DNA of 64,000 bases, taken from the NCBI RefSeq assembly GCF_006345805.1, contig NC_043007.1, positions 77,376,001-77,440,000 on the forward strand, given 5' to 3'. Origin of the DNA: Octopus sinensis (lineage: Eukaryota). The notes below the pieces were generated by a model, which did not search any database, was not told where the DNA came from, and saw only the letters and a list, made by a program, of their open reading frames with translations. The position numbers and the translations under genes are program-made. Below, one piece after another: positions 1 to 13,581 of the stretch (positions within the stretch are counted from its first letter, which is position 1; every line of letters begins with the position of its first letter).

Positions 1-387
1 TGTTATCAAACCAGTTTGTTCTTAGTCCTTCTCTCGAGTGCTTACCGGTTTATCTTTCCTTTTAGTAATTGTATTTTCTTACATTGTGCTCTGACTATGC
101 TACCAAGCCATTTGAACTTCCTTTATCTAAGCCTCAACAGAAAGAAGTTTAGGAATATGAAAACAAAATATTAAATGTGTTTATTCTGAGTACCATTTTT
201 TTCATTCTCTAATTTAAAATACAAGCGTCGAAGACCGCCGCAACTTAGCTTAATCTGGAAGGGATTGTTTCCCTTAGGATAGCTGAAACCCAAAGGTACA
301 CTACATATATAAATTCCCGATCTCCAGAAATGTTATGAAAAAAAATCACGTATTTTTAAAGAAATTTATTGAAAATTTTCATAACAT

Positions 388-503
388 CTGGTCGACCCGA
401 GGTTATAAAAGAAGAGATTGCCCAAAATGTCATGCAGTGGGACTGAAACCGGAACCAGGAGGTTGGAGGAGCAAACTTTTTATCGTACTTCTACGCCTGC
501 GCT
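388..503 (-). mobile_element. SINE family A, degenerate 5' (tRNA-like) fragment
   Basis: CAGTGGGACTGAAACCGGAACCA matches the reverse complement of the family A head seen in better copies (e.g. 33707, 48472). Confidence 0.7.
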
Positions 504-638
504 TATGACAGATAACATCATTTTTTATACAAAATTTTTCATGTTGTTCTGATGTTTCATATATACATTCTATTAGTATATTAATAGGTTGTTAAAAAAA
601 AAACTCTTTCATTTGCCACACACACACACACACGCACG

Positions 639-710
<72 letters not shown>

Positions 711-1514
711 GTGCTTGTCGCTTATATCATACGAAATATATGTTAATTTTACATGATATTTCGTTGAAGGTGGAATCAATAGAACAGTAATGTTAGTTTT
801 GGAATTTACAGCCGTACTAACTGTAATTTTCTAGCTGGTTACGTCAATACTTCATATTAACGCAGATGTCCAGTCAAATGATACGATTATTGCGAATGAT
901 GCATTATCAGACAACATCTTGTAACAATAAACAAAACAAAACAAACAAACAAACAACAAACAAAAAAAAACGAAAATAAAGCAAAATACAACAGCAAAAC
1001 TATAAACAAACGACAAAAACCTCCTTCAAAAAAACATAAACGAAAATACAAACGAGCAAATTTCAATTGCTGTTTTACATTTGACACAACCATGTTTATA
1101 TGATTCGCTATCCCATTATCAAGATATTTATAATATTAATTCGTAAAAACAGCGAAAATAATTGTATCAGCTGTCTCATTGCTAATATTCTACTCGCTCT
1201 TGTCAAGTCTGAAAGGATATCTATGTTCATATGATGAGGAGAGCAAACTTTAGGTCATAGCTTTTCTCTCTCGGTATATTTACCACGATATTGATTTCTT
1301 ACATAGAGACTAAACCAAAACTAGACGTACATTCATACATGCATGTATATACACATATATAAAATACACACTTATGTATAAATGTATGTGTTGTATGTAA
1401 GCGTATCTATACATGCATACATACATATATATGCATATACAGACTTTCATATAGGTATGCGCATGTATATAATCTATATATGTTATCTATATATATATAT
1501 ATATATATATCATA

Positions 1515-1547
<33 letters not shown>

Positions 1548-2012
1548 ATAGATATATATTATATATATATATATATATGTATATGAGACCAAAGTGTACA
1601 TACGCCGCTATATGTATATAAAAAAGAATACAAAAGTGGACCAGTGGGGACCAGATAAAAACAGGGACGGGTCATCCCAGGTTTTCTTTCGTCAGTCGAA
1701 TTCCAGATTATCTTTGCAGTTTCGGCTGGTTATACTCGAGACTGCTCCAATCTCGGAGGAGCAATCTCGAATATAACTTCGAAGTCACTGTCAATAATAT
1801 ACTTGTTTAAAAATAATATACATACGTATATATGTATATGTACAAACACCTTTCTTCACTTGATCGGCTTGAAAAATTGTTAAGACACTAGGATATTTTC
1901 CTACTTTTCTTAACATGAAACCAATGCTAGCCTTAATTCGCAAATAAAGAAATTATATTCACTAATGCGGTGTTGAACAACCACTATCATCGTTCGACAT
2001 TTACGTGTATGT

Positions 2013-2050
<38 letters not shown>

Positions 2051-2052
2051 TA

Positions 2053-2424
2053 GAAGCACTCCGTCGGTTACGACGACGAGGGTTCCAGATGATACGATCA
2101 ACGGAACAGCCTGCTCGTGAAATTAACGTGCAAGTGGCTGAGCACTCCACAGACACGTGTACCCTTAACGTAGTTCTCGGGGATATTCAGCGTGACACAG
2201 AGAGTGACAAGGCCGGCCTTTTGAAATACAAGGTACAACAGAAACAGGAAGTAAGAGTGAGAGAAAGTTGTGGTGAAAGAGTACAGCAGGGATCACCACC
2301 ATCCCCTGCCGAAGCCTCGTGGAGCTTTAGGTGTTTTCGCTCACAACGCCCGGTCTGGGAATCGAAACCGCGATCCTATGACCGCGAGTCCGCTGCCCTA
2401 ACCACTGGGCCATTGCGCCTCCAC
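2053..2424 (-). mobile_element. SINE family C, near full length
   Basis: Minus strand starts GTGGAGGCGCAATGGCCCAGTGGTTAGG...GGTTTCGATTCCC (Pol III A/B-box-like). Near-identical copies at 19470, 28793 and 55976. Confidence 0.9.
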
Positions 2425-2681
2425 ATATATATATATATATATATTATATATGACAGTAGTGAAAGTGTGTGACTTTCACGCCCATTAATATCAAATGTAT
2501 TGAAGAGAATAAATATAAACATTACGATTGAAATATTGTCGGTGTGGGTTATAGTAAATATGAAAACGTTTTGGTTCCGTAATGGTTTTCTGTCGAAATA
2601 TCATTGCTATACATTCCATGAAGTCACTGCAATTTGTTATAAATATTTGACATACACACACACACGCTCGCGCCAGCTCGC

Positions 2682-2717
<36 letters not shown>

Positions 2718-2769
2718 TACATACACACGCATACACATACACATATTCAAACATACACGCATGCGTGAA

Positions 2770-2975
2770 CAATCGATATGAGTAGTATGTATTGAGATGA
2801 GGCCGATTCATATCTGTAAATATGCAGGAAAACCGTTAGATCCGTCCCAAGGAGGTACTTAACAAGATTAAAAACCTTCGTGAACATTGCATACCTTAAT
2901 TCTTCTCTGATGAAAAACACTTCAACCAAGACCAAAAGTCTAACAAGAGAAATGACTGTCGGTTATTTTTATGCG
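2770..2975 (+). pseudogene. Tc1/mariner-superfamily transposase fragment (maT/DD37D-like)
   Basis: Translates ...NKIKN...FSDEKHFNQDQKSNKRND, resembling the FSDEK first-aspartate motif. Contains stops and frameshifts. Confidence 0.6.
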
Positions 2976-3009
2976 TTTCAAATGCTGTAGCCATACTGGG
3001 ATACAACCG

Positions 3010-3047
<38 letters not shown>

Positions 3048-3049
3048 AT

Positions 3050-3276
3050 ATGGTAGTGCTCCAGTTTGGCCACACGTGAATCGTTGGCGATTTTCTTCCT
3101 CTGTCTTCATTTTCTATTGGACTTTCCTGTTTCTGAAGAAGAGCTCTGCTCGAAACGTTAAACCATCTTTTTTTCCTTCCCTGAGCGCCTGCTAATACTT
3201 TACATGTACCACGTTCTCGCGTTGTAGTTTTATTTGTATTTGTTCTTTGTTTTTTTGGGGGTGGGGGGTTATTTGC

Positions 3277-3280
<4 letters not shown>
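3050..3280 (+). mobile_element. Short hammerhead-bearing repeat, family E (Penelope-like pLTR remnant?)
   Basis: Homologous to 5945-6160, 21745-21945 (-) and 43440-43530 (-). Flanked by (TA)n. Confidence 0.7.
3129..3163 (+). ncRNA. Minimal type I hammerhead ribozyme-like motif
   Basis: GTTT-CTGAAGA-A-GAGC(TCT)GCTC-GAAA-CG-T-T-AAAC: intact CUGANGA and GAAA core, 4-bp stems I and II, palindromic ACGT helix III. Confidence 0.7.
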
Positions 3281-3315
<35 letters not shown>

Positions 3316-3348
3316 ACCCATATATAAAACACCGATACGTGTGTGTGT

Positions 3349-3390
<42 letters not shown>

Positions 3391-3828
3391 TATAGAAACA
3401 TACATGTATGTATAATATACTTTTATAATAAGACGGGTGAGAACTGCTTCGAACAGTCCGACGAAGAGTACAGGGCAGAAACTGCGAAGTCCCTGTCACT
3501 CACCTTCTCTTCTAAAAGTATAATAAAAATGTGCTCTACAGAAAGTATTGAAGTAACTCTTTGGTTTAATGTTAAACTGTTTCTATTCTAACTCGACACA
3601 TAAACAAATGTGCGTGTGTGTGTTGTGTGTTGTGTGTGTGTGTAAGCTGTTGTTTATTTGTCTATCGTCAACCTTTGATACATAACCGTGGACAAACAAG
3701 ATCAGAGGTCCTTGTCTGCTTTTAACCTCTGTCCATTTCTAAGTACACAATCACACTTCCCTTCTCACAAAATAAGCATTAATTCTTCACAGGTGCTAAT
3801 TGCGGTTTTTTGGTTGATGTCATTGTTT

Positions 3829-3889
3829 ATTATTATCATTATTGTTATTATTATTATTATTATTATTATCATTATTATTATTGTTGTTG

Positions 3890-3941
<52 letters not shown>
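3829..3941. repeat. (ATT)n/(GTT)n microsatellite
   Basis: Direct reading. Confidence 0.95.
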
Positions 3942-3942
<1 letters not shown>

Positions 3943-4128
3943 GAAAAGAAAAAGACAAGTGAACAATGTACACCTGTAATTTGTTTTATACGTCGTTGTT
4001 AAAATAAACACCTGTTGTTACAAACGTCTCACTGTATATTCATATATACGCATACACACAGATACACACACGCATGCATGTATATACATATATAGATACA
4101 CCACACATATATATATATGCATACATGT

Positions 4129-4202
<74 letters not shown>

Positions 4203-4429
4203 TATATATATATATACACCACACATATAATATGTATGTATGTATGCACATACGCCCGCGTGTATAACACAAATAAACATACATATTCATCATTCCTGTC
4301 AAGTTTTATATGCAATATGCATAATTCCCACTTTGAGTCACACGCTCAATAATGCCGGCTGCTTAACATTTATATTTGTCTTCAGAATTTTCTAGTAGTA
4401 TTACCATCACAACCATAACCACTATAAAA

Positions 4430-4712
4430 ATCATCATCATCATCATCATAATCGTCGTCATCGTCATAGTCGTCGTCGTCGTCACCATCGCCGTCATCAT
4501 CATCATCGTTCTCGTCGAGATCATCATCATTATCATCATCGTCATCATCATCATCATCATCGTCATCATCATCATCGTCATCGTCATCTTCAACATCATC
4601 GTCATTGGCATTATCATCATCATCATCATCTTCATCGTTATCATCATGACACCACCACCACCACCACCCACCGTCGTCGCCGCCACTATCAACCACTCAT
4701 CATCACTACTAC
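4430..4712. repeat. (CAT)n/(CGT)n/(CAC)n compound microsatellite
   Basis: Direct reading. Source of the poly-D/I/M ORFs. Confidence 0.95.
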
Positions 4713-4714
4713 GT

Positions 4715-4880
4715 AGACATGTCAGTCCCCTCCTCTACGGGTTGGCACTGTCTCTTTGATATAGCAGATATTCCCAACAATATTGAGATTTCTCCAGATC
4801 TTCCCACCATTCTTTGTCTTTCGCAAAGTGGAGCGGCAATTTGCATAAGATTTCCCAGCGTACCTTTCTCACTAGACACG
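4715..4880 (-). mobile_element. Possible RTE-type LINE 3' end
   Basis: Minus strand AKDKEWWEDL resembles the RTE C-terminal AxDRxxWR motif and is followed by a (GAT)n-like tail. Confidence 0.3.
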
Positions 4881-5323
4881 TTGTTGACGTTACTATTGTT
4901 GTTGTTATTGATGTTGCTGTTCTGGTTGTTGCTGGTATTGTTGTTGTTGTTGTTGAACGAGCAACAGAAGAGATCATGAATTTTAATGTATCTGCAATGA
5001 TTTTAATCTGATCGACTGAGACTGGCAGGAAGACGAAGAAAGACGAAGAGGGAAGAGACGAGGAAGGGGAGGAGGAGGAGGAGGAGAAGGAATACGAGTA
5101 GAAGAAAGACAAAACAAAACACCAGGAACAAAGACCGTCGAAAGATCACATCTGATATAATGGTAGATCTTGGGACATTACACGACATAAACACACACAC
5201 ACGCGCGCATATGCACCCACACGCACATAAGCAAAAAAAAAGCAGATACACACACACACGTGCGAACACACGCGCATGTACATATGCAGACATAAACACG
5301 CATATATATATATATACATACAA

Positions 5324-5354
<31 letters not shown>

Positions 5355-5944
5355 CACACACACTCTTACACACATGCTTAAACATGCACGCGCTCACACA
5401 TATACATACATATTTTTTTGTATCTAAATATGTTTGTATACGTACACAAATACACACACACACACACACACACACATATGTATATAGATATGCATATGCA
5501 CATACGTACATATACAGTTTCAAAGACACACCCAAACACACATACACACACACACACACATATATATATACACGTACAAACCACCAGACTAATGCAGGTG
5601 CTCCAAATACATCACGTATAACTAAAAAAAAATCTCATATATACACACACATATACATGCAGAAATCCATATCGACACACACAAATACACACACGTCGTA
5701 CATCATGCTTACTAACACGCAAGCACTCATACATATGTACACACACATAAGCAGACATGCACGCACGCGCACGCGCGCACACTCTCCGACGAAAGAAACG
5801 AAGGAAGCGAAGCGTATGATTGAGTTATTAAAAGTTAAATTTCAATCTCATTCTTTAATACACCGAACACATACACAACACAAGCACACACACACACACA
5901 CACACAGACACACACACACACACCACGCGGATACACATAGATAC

Positions 5945-6160
5945 ATTAAAATGTGACCGTGTGTGTACCGTTGGCGATTATTTTCCTCCGTCTTCCCTTC
6001 TTTGGATCTTTCCTTTTCCTATGTTTCAGACGAAGAGCTCCGCTCGAAACGTTGAACCCTCCTTCTTTCCTTCCTGAGCGTCCAATAATACTATATTTGT
6101 TCCACGTCCTCACGTTGTTGTGTTTTCTCTTTGTTTTCATGTTTGGATTAACTATATATA
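5945..6160 (+). mobile_element. Family E repeat with mutated hammerhead core (6023-6057)
   Basis: GTTT-CAGACGA-A-GAGC(TCC)GCTC-GAAA-CG-T-T-GAAC. U4 is changed to A. Ends in (TA)n. Confidence 0.7.
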
Positions 6161-6206
6161 TTAACTATATTTAATATATATATATATAATGATTAAGTAT
6201 ATTTAT

Positions 6207-6306
6207 NNNNNNNNNNNNNNNNNNNNNNNNNNNNNNNNNNNNNNNNNNNNNNNNNNNNNNNNNNNNNNNNNNNNNNNNNNNNNNNNNNNNNNNNNNNNNN
6301 NNNNNN
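6207..6306. other. Assembly gap (100 N)
   Basis: Run of N. Confidence 1.
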
Positions 6307-6620
6307 GTAAGCCCAGTACTTATTCTATCGGTCTCTTTTTTTGCCGAACCGCTAAGTGACGGGGACGTAACACACCAACATCGGTTGTCACGCATGCTAA
6401 GGGGACAAAACACACAGACCACACAAACACAACACATACATATATACCTATATACGACAGGCTTCTTTCAGTTTCCGTCTACCAAATCCACTCACACGGC
6501 ATTGGTCGGCCCGTGGCTATAGCAGAAGACACTTGCCCAAGGTGCCACGCAGTGGGACTGAACCCGGAACCATGAGTTTGGTTAGCAAGCTACTTACCAC
6601 ACAGCTACTCCTGCCCCTAT
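6307..6620 (-). mobile_element. SINE family A, truncated by the gap
   Basis: Reverse complement of GTGGTAAGTAGCTTGC...GGTTCAGTCCCACTGCGTGGCACCTTGGGCAAGTG. Confidence 0.9.
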
Positions 6621-6724
6621 ATATTTTTTTAATATATATTTTTTAAAATTATTTATATAGCTTGTGTATATTTATTCTATTATAAAGGCAAAACACCACC
6701 ACCGAGGAAACGACGTAAGCTTAA

Positions 6725-6772
6725 ATAATAAACCGCGTTAGGTGAACCGCGATATGGCAAAGTATTACTGTA
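6725..6772 (-). mobile_element. Solo pogo/Tigger-like terminal inverted repeat
   Basis: Minus strand TA-CAGTAATACTTTGCCATATCGCGGTTCACCTAACGCGG. Partner end not found. Confidence 0.45.
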
Positions 6773-7258
6773 TTAGCAATTCCTGCAAAGTTATTTTCTT
6801 CAACACTTAACAATTCTACATGTCCTTCACCACGGTATTAATGCTCTATTCATTTAAAGGCATTCAGCTTTATTTCTTTAGCCTTAGAGTTTCAAATATG
6901 GCAGAATTTGACAAAGGTTTTCCTTTCTTACGAGGATCATCAAAAATATGTACCGCTGATATTCTGAGATTGATATCGTCGCATGTAGTCACCAAAACCC
7001 GATACCTAGCTACATATTTATTTCTCTTGTGTTGAAATGAAACACTTGTGGACACTATTCAATAGACGCGATTTAAAGGGTGTTCAAGGGTGTTAGAAAA
7101 AAAAGGTGTATAAACAATAAGGTGAAATACACGACAAAGGATATATACACAAGTTATTATTGGTGATCTATTATGACATTTGTATATAATGAAACTCATG
7201 TATACACTTAGTGATATATGTCAAATTCCAACTGATAAGACTATTTAAACAATAATTG

Positions 7259-7301
<43 letters not shown>

Positions 7302-7774
7302 CATACAAGATGGTTGTACATACATGCATACATACACATCATACATACATACATACATACATACATACATACATACATACATACCATACATACATGCATG
7401 CTACATGCATGCATACATACATAGATACATACATACATCCATACATACATATATTTATGCAGATAGTTATATACATGCATACACACATATGTATATATAT
7501 ATATATGTATATATTTATATATGCATGTATGTATGTTCACATATAAGTATACACACGGATATATAGATAGATATAGACAGATATGTATATCTATCTATAC
7601 ACATATACACACACATATATATACACACACATATTATATATATATACACATACACACATATTATGCATATACATACATACTTACACACACACACACATAC
7701 ACACACACACACACATATATATACATATATATTCATACACACACACATATAAATATATACACAGGAGACAAAGA

Positions 7775-7834
<60 letters not shown>

Positions 7835-8129
7835 GAGAGAGAGAGGAGAGAGAGAGAGAGAAAGAGAGGAAGCAGGTCAAAAGTCTGAATACAAACATAT
7901 TTAGTATTTTTCTTAATATGTTTTGATACAAAGATAAAAGCTGAAGATCATTTGGTAATATTTGTAATTAATAAAGCTGCATTGTAAAAAAAAAAAAAAA
8001 TGAATCTGGTTTTGCAGCCCCTAAGCAAATTATACTCCCTCACTTATGTGTACGATTCATCGTCCTTGTATCTCATTCTCATTTACATCTTGCAGCACCA
8101 TACAAGCACACTTGTCTACAATACTAAAT

Positions 8130-8340
8130 AAGGCGTCTATTATAGATATACACGCCGGGTAAAATGCACACTAGGATTTCTTCCGGTTCTTCACGATCTG
8201 AGGTCAAATCCTACCGATATCAACTTTGCGTTTTATCCTCTATAGATCGGTAAAATAAAGTACCAGTTAAGTATTGGGGGTTGATCTAATTAATCCCTGC
8301 CTACCCTACTGCCCCTAAAAAGTTTTAGCCTTGAAACTTC
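8130..8340 (+). mobile_element. SINE family B, degenerate
   Basis: CACGCCGGGTAAAATGC...AAAATAAGTACCAGTT similar to the family B body. Confidence 0.7.
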
Positions 8341-8450
8341 CAACAGATCAGAATCCCGTTCGGAATGATCGTTATGATCTTTGACGTCTTGATATATATA
8401 TATATGTATATAAATCCCGCTCTGTGTGTGTGTGTGTGTGGTGTGTGCGC

Positions 8451-8526
<76 letters not shown>

Positions 8527-8762
8527 TTATAACGGCGGTATTTTTCAATTGATTTTCTCCAAATTGGGAACATATTTATTTATGCTCCAGAAATGTTTTT
8601 AGACTCTTAAAATTTTTCACATAATGAGCAACATGCACCCTGGGAGCAGAAAACACCCGTTCCTGGGTTGCGTGGAGAAGGAAGGTAACTCTTTGCGAAG
8701 TAACTTTCAGAAATTGATTGTCTCCTTTACATCCATTGGTCAAAAAATTATCACAATTTCAA

Positions 8763-9350
8763 TTGGCTCCAAAAAACAGCACTGTAAGTAAAATTAAAGA
8801 ACATCTGCTGCAGTACCTTCCTGGAAGTCCTCACATCTATAAGTTAGTCGATACAATCCCAGATCCAGAGAAGTGGTAAATTATCCTACAGAATTTCTCA
8901 GTTCATTGGAGCCTCCTGGACTACCTCTCCAAGATTGGAACTGAAAGTGGGAACTCCAGTAATGTTATCGAGGAGTTTGAATCCGCCAACACTCTGCTAT
9001 GGGACACGCCTGTGGTAAAGAAGAGGATGCCACATGTTATTGAGGCCACCATTCTCTCAGAATGTGGAAACGGAGAGTATGTTTTCATACGCAGAATTCT
9101 TCTCATTCCATTGGGAGCAGAAATTCCTTTTTCATTCAGAAGAGTGCAATTTCTTATTAGTATTAGCTTCACAATGTATATCAGTAAATCCCAGGGTCAA
9201 ACATTGTCTGTGGTAGAACTTCACTTGGAAGAGTTATACTTCTCATACGAACGATTAAATGTTGGCTGCTCCATAGTCGTAAGCAAAAAAATCTATTTAC
9301 ATTTGTTCTACAAGGGAAAACAAAGAATATTGTTTACCAAGAGGTTTTGT
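8763..9350 (+). pseudogene. Helitron PIF1-type helicase C-terminal fragment
   Basis: LAPKN..., YPTEFLSSLEPPGLP, LKVGTPVML..LNPPTLCYGTRL, VIEATIL, FTMYISKSQGQTL correspond to Helitron RepHel helicase motifs. Frameshifted. Confidence 0.9.
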
Positions 9351-9364
9351 AGGAATTACTACAT

Positions 9365-9490
9365 CCTATGATGCGCTCCAGTATCTACTGCTCTTTGTGA
9401 ATGATGAAGGTGGATTCCATTTCGGGACAATACCGACAAACCCAAAGACTGCACCAACAAAGCAGTTTCCTGCATGGACTTCAATATCAA
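9365..9490 (+). pseudogene. Helitron RepHel N-terminal (pre-Rep) fragment
   Basis: SYDALQYLLLFVNDEGGFHF...KAVSCMDF resembles the SYDxLQYPLLFxxGEDGxH block. Confidence 0.7.
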
Positions 9491-10051
9491 AGCGTATTCC
9501 CCAATTACTCCCACCAACCACGCGGTAAGTCATCACTCCTTATTTTTTCAAGTTATTCATTACTACATATTCTCATGGGATTGCATAGGCTCAGTTTATG
9601 TTTCTTATTCTACAGCCACACCAGCGATCCAATGTCAACCCTTTGCCTTCTGCAACATTTCAACAGTTCACTTCCCCGTTGCGGTCTCCTCCTTTACGCA
9701 CAACACCTCCATTTACGAACAATATCTCCATTACACCTACATTCATTCGACTGTCAACCATACAATGGGTCGTGTTAGACGCAGCGCCGACCGCCGCGAA
9801 GGAGGGTATATCTACTGACAGCTTTTCAGTGCGTTCAAAAATCACATACACGCCACCCCCAATTTTCCATGACAGGTTAGGGCCTGGAATCCTACAAACA
9901 GAAGCATGACATGTCGCTTAGTTGAAATCAGTCGAATTACTCCATAAATGTTTTGTCATCAATGCTGCACTTTCTATCTCACCTGTTTCAACATAACTGT
10001 AATATATATACAATGTCATTTTAATCCCAAGCAATGCCGAGTATTTCTGCT

Positions 10052-10089
<38 letters not shown>

Positions 10090-10506
10090 GACACACACAT
10101 ACATTTGTACCCGACAACTGAGTAATTGGGTACATACATATCTGTGCTGAATCAATACAAATTTAATCTGATATGCATAAATGTCCGAGAAATACATTAA
10201 CGATTGCAAACACGTATCTATTTTATGTACTTCTCTGTGGACAGAAAAATGCCAGTGACTCGAACAGAGTTTCGGCTTTGATTGGACTCTTCTTCATCGA
10301 TAACACCGACCACCTTTCGTCTGAGAAGAACTATTCATCTAATGATTTTATAATCCCATAATATTGGGTGGTATGTTTAGAATTGTAGGGTAAATTTTGT
10401 TGGGTGTTCTTCGTCTCAAAGCATCAGATGTGACTTGTTTCGTCCGACATTAGGAATAAAGCTCTGTGTCATTTGCGCTTCTGCTGTTTCACAATGTCCT
10501 AAGTAT

Positions 10507-10552
<46 letters not shown>

Positions 10553-11155
10553 ACACACACACACACCACACACAACATACACACGACACACACGCATACA
10601 CAATATCTATCTAAGTATCTATACACATATATAAATGCATGTCTATATATGTGCGTGCGTGCGTGCGTGTGGTGTGCGCGCGTGTATATATATATATAGA
10701 TATATATATATATATATATATATATAGATATAATGCATATGAATTTATGTACATGCTACTAACAACATTGTCGCCATGTGGGGCCGTTGTTGACTCTAAA
10801 CCAGCAACTCTTGCAAGCCTGTTTTGCAAGAAGGGTGGTTTTCGTTGGACACTCAACAGGACAAAAAACAAAACCTGTCAAAGGGCAGATGAAGTCAGTA
10901 CAGTCAACGACCATCCAACAGCTGGAAGCGTGAGACCCATAGTCCTTGTTTAAACATCCCTTTAGGTAAATAAAACCATTTATATAAATCCTACGACTCT
11001 TTGCCTCCAATAATGTCGACGAGTTCTTCCTTTCGGGCAAATACATATATTGCTTAGAGAAAGAGAATGGACCTTTGAAACTCCTTTCCTTACATTAAAA
11101 AGTTTCAGACAGTGGCATCACCTATTTTTTAACATTTCTGTTACTATATCTATAA

Positions 11156-11554
11156 CTAGCAGTATCACCCGGCGTTGCTCGGGTTTGTAAGGGAAATAAC
11201 TATATAAGCATTTTTAGAGATGTAAAGTATAATAGCCATCTCAATATGGCTAACCACAAAGAGGGGGGGTGTTACTGTAGCTTTTTTACGTTCTGAGATT
11301 TAATAATACTTTTTAGAGAGTTACTTCCCTTTATATAGCCAAAATGCATTAAAAATGAAAAATTGATGGTAAATTTTTTTTTAAATCGTAGACTCATCGT
11401 AGACGCGCGCTAATAACCCAGAAGGCTCGATATGAATCACGACTATAAGATACCACCCGGTTTTGGTTAAACTGCAACCGCAAAATGTGGGAGTAGTTAG
11501 GAATTTAAATTGTTGGAGACAGACAGCACACAACCCCACTTTTATATATAAAGA
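11156..11554 (-). mobile_element. Non-autonomous Helitron (399 bp)
   Basis: Minus strand begins TC, ends CCCGAGCAACGCCGGG hairpin then CTAG, inserted between A and T with no TSD. Confidence 0.85.
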
Positions 11555-11656
11555 TGTGTTGCAATACTATAGCTGGGCATCGCCGAAAAAACTCTACACT
11601 TGTGCTAGTTTAACAAAGTTTTCAAGTGATGGCAATGTACGAAAGCGAAAGGCAGT

Positions 11657-11693
<37 letters not shown>

Positions 11694-11807
11694 TACGCAA
11701 GCACATGCGCTCTCACAAATTTGAATGCCAACTTTAATATATGCTATGGATGCATAAACGTTGGTAATCAAAGTGAAGAAAAATATAAACGCCACAGATA
11801 AGAACGC

Positions 11808-11850
<43 letters not shown>

Positions 11851-11923
11851 TTATATATGTGTTGTATATTATTATATATATGTGTGTGAGTGTGTGTGTT
11901 TGTAATATATATACATGTTTGTA

Positions 11924-11961
<38 letters not shown>

Positions 11962-12696
11962 CATACAACATATGTATGTATGTATGTATTTATTTATATT
12001 CATATATACGCATATATGCGTGTGTATGAATATATGTATGTGTGAGAGAGAGAGATGTGTGTGAGAGAGAATGAGAGAGAGAGAGGAGGAAGAGTGAGTT
12101 TAAATATGGAGTTTAATTTGTATAGAAACCGAAGTGAAGTGTTGTCAGTCAAAAACCCTGGTTCGTGTTGCCGGCCATTTGTATGACAAAAGCAACACCT
12201 GTGAAATGTTAAGACTAACCACCAACCGCCACCGATCACAGACATCCGCTGAGATAATCTGCTTTCATTTCTTAATAAGTAAAAGACTTTTACCTGTCAA
12301 AAGAGAACGATTATGAAAAAAAAAAACCCCACCACTTTGTCATCTGGCATAAATTATAGGTGAGATCTAGTGACGACCATAAAAATGACACCTGAGATAT
12401 ATATATATAATATATATATATATATATTATCTCTATGTATGTGTGTGTTTGTATGGGTGAATGTATGTATGCATACACGCATGTACGTTTTGGGTAGTTT
12501 GTGCCAGTAACCATATCTTTAATATGCTTATATCTACCCTTGCTCATTTTGCACCCCATTCTGTGTGAGTATGTGTGTGTGTGTGTGTGTGTGTTTTGTA
12601 TATATATATCCTTCCCCCAGTCGTATTTAGTGACAATTATAGTTTTCCTTTTTTGTAAAACATTGCGCACTGCTGTCTATATTAATTTTCATGTAT

Positions 12697-12770
<74 letters not shown>

Positions 12771-12789
12771 ACATACATTCTTTTTCTTA

Positions 12790-13165
12790 TACTCTCTCAC
12801 TTGTTTCAGTCATTTGACTGCGGTCATTTTGGAGCACTACTTTGAAGAGTTTACGTCGAAGAATACGTTACCTGGAATTACTTTTTAGAGCCTTGTACTT
12901 ATTCTATCGATATCTTTTGCTGAACCGCTAGGTTACGGGGACATAATCACACCGTGGATAAACACAGACACAAAAGCACACACAAATACACTCCTATATA
13001 TATATATATATATACTTACGACTGGTGTCTTTCAGTTCTCATTTACCAAATCCATTTGCAAGGTTTTGGTCGGTTTGAGGCTATAGTAGAAGACACTTGC
13101 TCAGGGTGCCACACAGTGGGACTGAACCTGGAACCATACGGCTGGGAAGCAAGCTTCTTCGCACA
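12790..13165 (-). mobile_element. SINE family A, diverged
   Basis: Tail CTTGTTTCAGTCATTTGACTGCGG and head CAGTGGGACTGAACC both present. Confidence 0.85.
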
Positions 13166-13244
13166 TACGCACTATATTTATCATATGTATGTTTTCTGTT
13201 TATCTGTCCGTCTATCAATCTATTTATATACATATAAAATAAAA

Positions 13245-13502
13245 ATAATAAATGCGCCCTTTTTAAAGCCTAGCCAGGCTCATGTGCCTGGTTTCCCGGT
13301 TTCTATGGCGTATGTGTTCCCCCAGCTGGACGGGACGCCAGTCCATCGCAGCTTTACTAATTTTTGCCAGCTGAGTGGACCGGAGCAACGTGAAATGAAG
13401 TGCTTTGCTCAAGAACACAACGCATCGCCCGGTCCAGGAATCGAAACCACAATCTTAATATCATGATGCTGACACCCTAATCACTAAGCCATGCCCCTTC
13501 AC
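13245..13502 (-). mobile_element. SINE family D
   Basis: tRNA-like head GGTTTCGATTCCTGG, then GTTGTGTTCTTGAGCAAAGCACTT (CORE-like) and CTGCGATGGACTGGCGTCCCGTCCAG (V-domain-like). Homologues at 14876 and 57920. Confidence 0.85.
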
Positions 13503-13581
13503 TATTTATATACATATAACATGCGCATATATGTTACATGCACGCTCAATGAATAAAAAATATGGTACATGCATAGCCTGT

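Noticed and set aside
267-285. GTTTCCCTTAGGATAGCTG resembling a conserved 28S rRNA word, with a possible very degenerate hammerhead around 225-305
   Set aside because: The rRNA similarity does not extend to either flank, and the CUGANGA box and stem I are not intact.
2005-2472. Recurrent peptides such as ...SQRPVWESKPRSYDRESAALTTGPLRLH and MVVIPAVLFHH...
   Set aside because: They recur because they are translations of SINE C copies, not a gene family.
2907-2913. CTGATGA hammerhead box
   Set aside because: It encodes the FSDEK motif of a transposase fragment and has no paired stems.
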